A stretch of DNA of 64,000 nucleotides. It comes from Haliotis asinina (lineage: Eukaryota). Positions 55,910-64,000 of this stretch are shown here, piece by piece. The notes under the pieces are model-generated. The model worked only from the letters and a program-made list of their open reading frames with translations, made no database searches and was not told the DNA's origin. Each line of letters opens with the position of its first letter. Position 1 is the stretch's first letter. The stretch is taken from positions 70,781,515 to 70,845,514 of the forward strand of contig NC_090285.1 of assembly GCF_037392515.1 (NCBI RefSeq), in the 5' to 3' direction. Position numbers and translations under genes: made by a program.

Positions 55910-56045
55910 ACTAAGCAATATTCCAGCAATATCATGGTGGAGGGACACCAGAAATGGGCTATACACATTGCACCCTTGTGGGTAATCGAACTTAGGTCTT
56001 TGTCATGACAAGCAGACACTTAACCACTAGGCTACCCAACAGCCC
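55910..56045 (-). mobile_element. SINE copy (reverse orientation)
   Basis: Reverse complement reads gggggctgttgggtagcctagtggttaagtgtctgcttgtcatgacaaagacc...gtgtatagcccatttctggtgtccctccaccatgatattgctggaatatt. Confidence 0.75.
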
Positions 56046-56109
56046 CCGACAGTCAGGCAGAGGCTTGACTTGCTTAACTGCCTGTCCTTAAAACCCAATG
56101 CCTTTAACT

Positions 56110-56275
56110 GTGGCTTACAATAGGAAACACAGGATTACCCAGGTGAGACTCTAATATTAATACAGGATTACCCAGGTGAGACTCAAATATTAATACAGGA
56201 TTACCCAGGTGAGACTCAAATATTAATACAGGATTACCCAGGTGAGACTCAAATATTAATAGGCTGAAGTATTGC
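56110..56275. repeat. ~35-bp minisatellite, ~5 copies
   Basis: ggattacccaggtgagactcaaatattaatacag repeated. Confidence 0.9.
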
Positions 56276-56299
56276 TAAGTGCAGTAAGTAAGTGGTTTG

Positions 56300-56420
56300 C
56301 GTTTTATGCCACTTACAACAATATTGCAACATTGTGAGGGACACGGGAAATGGGCTTCACATGCTGGGAATTGAACCTGTGTGTAAAGTGAACGCTTTAA
56401 CCAATAGACTACCCCACAGT
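56300..56420 (-). mobile_element. SINE copy (reverse orientation)
   Basis: cattgtgagggacacgggaaatgggcttcacatgctgggaattgaacctgtgtgtaaagtgaacgctttaaccaatagactaccccacag. Confidence 0.65.
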
Positions 56421-57646
56421 CTGGGCTGAATGCAGAGACAAACAGCACACACATGCGCAAACATATCACCATTGTCCATGTTGCAACTTGTATACATAAA
56501 GGACTTTGTATTATTAATGGATGAAACATTCCCCAGCCCCCCAACTCCCCCAACAAGTTCTTTTCCCAGTCAGGTGCATCTAGCACTTCCATGTTCACAT
56601 CCACGAGTGAAAACAGTTATAGCTGCTTTACAAAAAAACTCACAATAATCTGTAGCAGCAGGAGATCAGGAAAAACTGTTGTCGGCTAATTATTGATCAA
56701 TTCCTGTATTGGGAACCAACTGCTCCTATGTTCACACACCTGTTCTACCCACATCCACACAGTTTATTCCTCACCCTTTAATCAACTGACCACCCTTGGC
56801 AAAGCTTCTTGGTAACTAAATAATTGTGTACTTGCTTTTCAGGTAGTATTCAGTTTTGCTGTAAGCCTGTACAATCTTTCCTCAACAAGAGTGTGCATAT
56901 AATGAACTCAAGGACAAAAAACATGGTAGGCAACAAAACTTCACCTCCAAGAGCTGAACTACGGACAGATGAAAGACGCGGTAAGCAACTTCAATCAGAC
57001 AGTAATGCATTTAAGTATAGGAGAAAACACTTCTCGGTTTTGGTAGACAATGTAAATACAGAGGGGGAGGGGAATGCCAACTCCGATGGTTTTACATTGT
57101 CTGCCAAAACAAGAAGTGTTTTCTCTTACATATATACCGTCAATGATGGGTAATTACAGTGTAGATGATCATTTAATGAAGTTACTTAACAATAACTGAA
57201 GCACCCATAAAATCAACAGTAACCCTCACCTTCGTTGGCCTGGTGGCCATGTGGAAGAGTGTCTGCCTACTGATCTGACATTTGTGGTTCTAATCCCCTT
57301 TCGGAAAACATTTGAGTAGTGAGTTTTATCTTGAATGTTATTTTTCAATTGATTGCAAGCACTCATGTATCATTTGAATGTTGATGTTCATATAAAGTTT
57401 GGAAAAGTAAAACCTGGGACGTGGTCTTTCTAGCAAAAAGTAAAACCTGGGAAGAGGTCTTTCTAGCAAAAAGTAAAACCTGTCCCTCAAAAAACAAAAA
57501 CCTCAAATAAGTTTATTCTGGGAAAACAAGAGATGACCTAATATATAGTGAGAAGTACACTTTCTGTTTATATAAAGAATTCACGCACTATACACTGCAG
57601 ATCTTATAGCTACATAGATTTGTATATGTCCTTCATATTTTAACAG

Positions 57647-57722
57647 TGATGACTGCAGCAATCATCATTTTGGGTATTGGCTGTGTTGTCCTGGGAATGG
57701 CCATTTGCTGGCTCATACACAG
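57647..57722 (+). CDS. Exon 3: transmembrane helix
   Basis: Acceptor ttttaacag|TG. (V)MTAAIIILGIGCVVLGMAICWLIH. Donor CACAG|gtaact (phase 2). Confidence 0.6.
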
Positions 57723-57779
57723 GTAACTCTCTACTGCATCATTGGTAAAACAAATATAATTACACAAAAACACACACTT

Positions 57780-58930
57780 ACCCCTGGACAGGAGGGTGGA
57801 CAGGGTAGAAAAGGCTGTGTAACCTGTAGATTAAGGACCAAAGGTAGAGATAAGAGGGAGGATAGGGTAGTAGAGAAGGTTGGGGAACTTAGTGATAAAG
57901 GACCAAGGGTAGAGATAAGAGGACAATAGGGCAGTAGAGAATGTTGGGTAGAGAATGACCAAGGGTAGAGTTGAGAGGGAGGATAGGGCGATAGAAAAGG
58001 TTGGGTTGTGGATTAAAGACCAAGGGTAAAGTTGAGAGGGAGGATATGGTAGTAGAAAAGGCTGGGAAACTTGTGGATTAAGGACCAAGGGTAGAGTTGA
58101 GAGGGAGGATAGGGCGATAGAAAAGGTTGGGGAACTTGTGGATTAAGGACCAAGGGTAAAGTTGAGAGGGAGGATAGGGTAGTAGAAAAGGCTGGGAAAC
58201 TTGTGGATTAAGGACCAAGGGTAGAGTTGAGAGGGAGGATAGGGCGATAGAAAAGGCTGGGGAACTTGTGGATTAAGGACCAAGGGTAAAGTTGAGAGAG
58301 AGGATAGGGTAGTAGAAAAGGCTGGGAAACTTGTGGATTAAGGACCAAGGGTAGAGTTGAGAGGGAGGATAGGGCGATAGAAAAGGTTCGGGAACTTGTG
58401 GATTAAGGACCAAGGGTAAAGTTGAGAGGGAGGATAGGGTAGTAGAAAAGGCTGGGAAACTTGTGGATTAAGGACCAAGGGTAGAGTTGAGAGGGAGGAT
58501 AGGGCAACAGAAAAGGCTGGGGAACTTGTGGATTAAGGACCAAGGGTAAAGTTGAGAGGGAGGATATGGTAGTAGAAAAGGCAGGGAAACTTGAGGATTA
58601 AGGACCAAGGGTAGAGTTGAAAGGGAGGATAGGGTAGTATAAAAGGTTGGGAACTTGTGGATTAAGGACCAAAGGGTAGAGTTGAAAGGGAGGATAGGGT
58701 AGTAGAAAAGGTTGGGAAGTTGTGGATTAAGGACCAAGGGTAGAGTTGAGAGGGAGGATAGGGTAGTAGAAAAGGCTGGGAAACTTGTGGATTAAGGACC
58801 AAGGGTAGAGTTGAAAGGGAGGATAGGGTAGTATAAAAGGCTGGGAAACTTGTGGATTAAGGACCAAGGGTAAAGTTGAGAGGGAGCTTAGGGTGATAAA
58901 GAAGGCTGGGGAACCTGTGGATTAAGGACC
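57780..58930. repeat. ~60-bp minisatellite, ~19 copies, in the intron between the TM exon and the tail exon
   Basis: gattaaggaccaagggtagagttgagagggaggatagggtagtagaaaaggctgggaaacttgtg with variants. Confidence 0.9.
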
Positions 58931-59040
58931 AAGGGTAGGGAAGAGATAAGAGTGTAGGGAAGATAAAGAGGGCTGGGAAACTGAAGCTTACATAAAATAT
59001 GCTGCATGTCTCCAGTTTCAGCAATATCAACTGGGTAATA

Positions 59041-59055
59041 GAATCATAATCATAC

Positions 59056-59088
<33 letters not shown>
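59041..59088. repeat. (CAT)16 microsatellite
   Basis: catcatcat... uninterrupted. Confidence 0.95.
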
Positions 59089-59090
<2 letters not shown>

Positions 59091-59818
59091 GCTGGGAATG
59101 CTCAGTTCAATTTGCCATTAATGTATGATTTGTTGTGATCCTTGTCCTATCTGTCGACACCATAGCCTCGACTGTTAGTTGCAGTTAGTGTTCAAGGGAT
59201 GTCATCCTCTTCATATTAGAGATTCTTCATATCTCTTGATAACCTCAAGTCAAAGCTGCCAAGGTGGAATATTCGCACTGGCATTAATCCTAGGAATGTT
59301 CCACAGGAAATTCCTCTGTTCCAATCATATTCAGCAGAAAGCTCCCCTATCCCATTTATATGTAAAAATCAAAACTGTGAGGTTTTGAACCAACTGAAGA
59401 TACACTTTAGATATAATTTAGATATTAGGTATGTACTGGCAGCCAATATGTTGCCTTGCACATGCAATGCACGCGCTCTGCATTCGCTACCTGTGTCTTG
59501 TGAGGACATACTGACGAACACTCACATACTTCACAGCAATTCAAAATTTATAGCAGTAAAGAAATTCAATTCAAGAGCTACTCCTCAGAAAATCCTTGGG
59601 CAATTCTGAAGAAAATCACTGGGAAGGAGAAACTTGGGAGACATTATACAGTGGGGGTTTTCATTCTGCAGAAAGTCCTTTTGTTCTGGTGATTTTCTGC
59701 AAAAGGTCACTCTATTAAAGTGACATTTTACTGAAAGTTCATCACCTTGTAATATAGCTGACATAATGTTCAAATAATGTTTTAAGCAAACTTATCATCA
59801 TAATTATGAAAATTGCAG

Positions 59819-61658
59819 AAATAAACAGTTATCTCAGAAAAGACACAAGAAAGCTCGGAAGAAAATATCAACTCACACACACTGGAAACCTGAAGCTGAA
59901 AGCCACTATGAAGAAATGCATGAAGATCTGACCAAAACAGGAAACACTGAATCCACATCAGAAAATGTGCAGCAACTTGACAGTGAAGCCTATGAACTGG
60001 CCAAGGCCCCAGTTCCCTTGTGTAGCCCCTGCAACATGGCCAGCGACCAGGATAGCAGTCTGTATGATGTTGCCAGTGCTCTCAACAGCAAAGTTGTAGC
60101 ACCATCAGGCAATGTTGACAAGAAGGGTGGTGCATTTGACACTTGTAAACCAAATGGAAAACATGGTCACATGGATTCTGATAACATCTATGACAAAACT
60201 GTCTTCACTGCAGATTCCAGTACACCTGTTCCAGCGTCTGATAATGGTGACGATGTTCCAGTGTCACATTATATAGACGAACATAACCTAACCTCTGCTG
60301 TGCCAAGTTCCATGTCCACCAGAGGTGATGTCAGCAGTGTACTGCCCAGTGTTTCTGATAAAAAGCCAAAGAAATCATTGGATAAGACCACAAGTCATTC
60401 TGCTTTGAGACTTGTGAGGCAGAAGTCTGTAGAAGTACGGTTCTTTGAATCTGGTGATTTGGGGCCTGAAGTTGGCATGGATAGCCCTGATGCTGACATG
60501 CAGGTGTCACAGTTCATTAATGCTGCACACAATTCTACACCTGAAGTTTGTGAGGAAGAATTTGAAAATGTGTCATCATGGAGTAACTGTTTGGATAGTG
60601 AAGATGAAGAAATCTATGTGAATCAGGAGGTTGGCAAGGGATGCTACAGCACTAGCAATAAAAGTAAATCTTTGGAAGATTCCCAGAGTATCTCCTCTAC
60701 ACAGGGAGACAGCCAGTGGGCCAGTTTGACAGACAACCACAGGATAAGTTCATCCCCATCCAAACCACAGTCAGACACTATAAGGAAAAGTGTGTCCCCT
60801 TCAAGGACAGACAGTCAGTTGGCATCATCACCTGTGAGTTGTGTGCCTGAAAATTCAGTATTTCACAATGTACTTCCAGCATCATCAGCAGACAGCCTTT
60901 CATCAGGCGCCTCACAGACCTTGGACTTGGATAATGATGATATGATCTACCAAAACGTTGCCTTGGAAATGACAAACTCCACAGCATCATTGCTAGACAT
61001 CACTTCAGATCCTGAAAAACCTTATGAAAACCTCAAGAGAGGACAAACTTATGTCCCTGACAGCAAAACTCCAGCATCACTCAACAAATCTGATGAAGTT
61101 GAAGTGGTCTTTCTGCTGGGATCAGATTCAAACAATGCAGAAGAAGAGGAGTCTGGAGCAATGCCCAAAACACGATCAGCTAAAATCGGTCACAAACATT
61201 CATTTTCTGTAGATGAAACTTCTAAAATCCAAAGACCAACAAGAAAGCACCGTACACGTAGTGATGACACAAATATGCTGATACCTTCTAACTCAAGCTC
61301 CGATGAAGATATCTTGGAGATGACAAACAACAACTTGTATGAAGGCATAAACAACAGTTTGAGAGCAACACCCATCAAAGAGCCTGCTAGTCAAACAGTC
61401 AACACTCAGACAAGAACAGTTCCTCTGAAGCAGCTACCTGGACCTGTTGCCACAAGTGTCAGATCCTCCAATGAGGATCTTGGTGATGACAGTGACGATG
61501 AGATGGTCATGATGGAGAATGATATATATGAATGCCTGAAGGGGGGAGTGTCACTCTTCCCCTCCCCTCTTGCTGCACAGATCAAGCTGAAGGTAGAATG
61601 CACTAATCCCAAAAATACTTTGTATGAAAATGAGACTTTTGCAGAAGAAAGGCCATGA
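59819..61658 (+). CDS. Exon 4: basic stop-transfer then ~610-aa Ser/Asp/Glu-rich cytoplasmic tail, stop at 61656-61658
   Basis: Acceptor aaattgcag|A (AG+A=Arg). RNKQLSQKRHKKARKK... runs in frame into the 580-aa ORF 59916-61658. Confidence 0.6.
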
Positions 61659-61749
61659 ACAGCACAGTATTTCATCTTAAGTGAATGACACTGTGACACA
61701 TCAGGAGGACCTTGGTGTGAGATGAAGAAAATGTTTGCATTTCTCTCAT

Positions 61750-63530
61750 GAAGTCACTTGGTAGTATACTCTTGTGGCATATCATGTCTACACTCTACAT
61801 ATACACACCATGCCTACACACCATGCTAACATGCCTTGCCTATATGTCTTGCTTATGTGTCATGCCTATATGCCGTGACTACACATCCTGCCTACATGCT
61901 GTGGCTTTATGCAGTGCCTACATGCTATGCCTATACATTGTGCCTACACACTGTGCCTACATGCCTTGCCTACATGTCTTGCTTATACATCATGCCTACA
62001 TGATGTGCCTATAAGCTGAGCCTACATGCCTTGGTTTCATGCAGTGCCTATACTCTATGCCTATACACTGTACCTCTGCACTGTGCCTACATGCTGTGGT
62101 TTCATGCAGTGCCTAAATGCTGTGCCTATACACTGTGTCTACACACCATGCCAACATGCTGTGACTTCATGCCGTGCCTATACACTGTGCCTAGACACTG
62201 TGCCTCTGCACTGTGCCTACATGCTGTGGCTTTATGCAGTGCCTAAATGCTGTGCCTATATACTGTGTCTACACACCATGACAACATGCTGTGGCTTCAT
62301 GCAGTGCCTAAATGCTGTGCCTATACACTGTGCCTACACACCATGCTGATATGCTGTGGCTTCATGCCGTGCCTATACACTGTGCCTACATGCCGTGGCT
62401 TCATGCAGTGCCTATACACTGTGCCTCTGCACTGTGCCTACATGCCGTGGCTTCATGCAGTGCCTAAATGCTGTGCCTATACACTGTGCCTACACACCAT
62501 GCTGATATGCTGTGGCTTCATGCCGTGCCTATACACTGTGCCTACATGCCGTGGCTTCATGCAGTGCCTATACACTGTGCCTCTGCACTGTGCCTACATG
62601 CCGTGGCTTCATGCAGTGCCTAAATGCTGTGCCTATACACTGTGCCTACACACCATGCTGATATGCTGTGGCTTCATGCCGTGCCTATACACTGTGCCTA
62701 CATGCCGTGGCTTCATGCAGTGCCTATACACTGTGCCTCTGCACTGTGCCTACATGCCGTGGCTTCATGCAGTGCCTAAATGCTGTGCCTATACACTGTG
62801 CCTACACACCATGCTGATATGCTGTGGCTTCATGCCGTGCCTATACACTGTGCCTACATGCCGTGGCTTCATGCAGTGCCTAAATGCAGTGCCTATACAC
62901 TGTGCCTACACACCATGCTGATATGCTGTGGCTTCATGCCGTGCCTATACACTGTGCCTACATGCCGTGGCTTCATGCAGTGCCTATACACTGTGCCTCT
63001 GCACTGTGCCTACATGCCGTGGCTTCATGCAGTGCCTAAATGCTGTGCCTATACACTGTGCCTACACACCATGCTGATATGCTGTGGCTTCATGCCGTGC
63101 CTATACACTGTGCCTACATGCCGTGGCTTCATGCAGTGCCTATACACTGTGCCTCTGCACTGTGCCTACATGCCGTGGCTTCATGCAGTGCCTATACACT
63201 GTGCCTCTGCACTGTGCCTACATGCCGTGCCTATACACTGTGCCTACATGCCGTGCCTGTACACTGTGCCTCTACACTGTGCCTACATGCCGTGGCTTCA
63301 TGCAGTGCCTATACACTGTGCCTGTACACTGTGCCTCTACACTGTGCCTACATGCTGTGGCTTCATGCCGTGCCTATACACTGTGCCTGTACACTGTGCC
63401 TCTACACTTTGCCTACATGCCGTGGCTTCATGCAGTGCCTAAATGCCGTGCCTATACACTGTGCCTCTGCACTGTGCCTACATGCTGTGGCTTCATGCAG
63501 TGCCTATACACTGTGCTATATAATTCCAGC
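61750..63530. repeat. Long minisatellite array (~20-bp core units in ~140-bp higher-order repeats) in the 3' flank of the membrane-protein gene
   Basis: gtgcctacatgc(c/t)gtggcttcatgcagtgcctatacactgtgcctctgcact... Many repeat-induced ORFs on the plus strand. Confidence 0.9.
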
Positions 63531-64000
63531 AAAGTTTCCATTCAGATTTTGACACAACATCAAGAGCATGCCAAACTGTGATGACAGGTATTGTAGTACA
63601 ACTGAACTCTCTTACTCACTCAAGCAGACATTGTAGCCATCCATTCATATGAGCAAGTGAGAAAAAATACCTTAATCTATGCATATAATGTTAGAATGTC
63701 ACTACCTGGGGATGGTTCAATGGGGCCTATGTATGTGTGGACCCGACACTGCTTCAAAGGAAGGTCAAGTGAAGTGAACCTGAGTGTACTCTCATCCTAA
63801 GTCCAGATGCTAGGGTCCTTTAGACAATTACATATCAGCTTTCTACAATCTTGAAACAGATTCAACTTCATATCTGTACCAACATGTTTCAGATTCAGAT
63901 ATCCACCAGTATATTTGTTTTCAACATGCAGAAATCAGATATGCATGTGTGGTTCACTTTCTGGTAGAGAGAAATGAGAGATTGTCAGAGTAGTACACCA

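Noticed and set aside
61748-63581. Cluster of Cys-rich ORFs (up to 224 aa) on the plus strand
   Set aside because: Generated by the ~20/140-bp tandem array downstream of the membrane-protein gene stop. Not coding.

Overview
The window is eukaryotic (metazoan, probably mollusc) genomic DNA: CpG-depleted, AT-rich, dense in minisatellites, tRNA-derived SINEs, Tc1/mariner copies, LTR and non-LTR retroelement fragments, with GT-AG spliced genes. The main feature is a complete, apparently very young Polinton/Maverick-type self-synthesising DNA transposon or integrated virus at 28357-42690, about 14.3 kb. It starts 5'-AG and ends CT-3', has ~356-bp terminal inverted repeats about 99% identical, and is flanked by a 5-bp TCTCG direct duplication. 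It encodes a retroviral-like (rve) DDE integrase, a protein-primed family-B DNA polymerase (exonuclease motifs plus KxxxNSxYG and YTDTDS; one frameshift; three N-terminal SAP/HeH-like repeats) and an FtsK/HerA-type packaging ATPase. It also carries several small membrane proteins, two ~420-aa candidate structural proteins, a putative single-jelly-roll penton-like gene followed by two tandem paralogous fibre-like genes, and two AT-rich divergent promoter nodes. The element is CpG-rich against a CpG-poor host background. Host genes recognised: (i) the last nine exons, all splice phases consistent, of a Brr2-family Ski2-like helicase on the minus strand at 18265-25098, most probably ASCC3-like; its C-terminal Sec63 cassette is clear and its introns hold five different minisatellites and a Penelope-like element. 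(ii) A new four-exon type-I membrane protein gene on the plus strand at 50411-61658 (signal peptide, ~145-aa Cys/N-glycan ectodomain, TM, ~610-aa Ser/Asp-rich tail). (iii) A two-exon unknown gene at 15020-15855. (iv) A candidate exon at 10473-10887. Other mobile DNA: a Tc1-like transposon with TIRs and TA duplication (4511-5819) inserted into a repeat whose empty paralogue sits at ~540; a degenerate Ty3/gypsy pol fragment (1353-3988); a non-LTR APE+RT LINE (43900-46990); a related satellite family at both window edges and again at ~52 kb.
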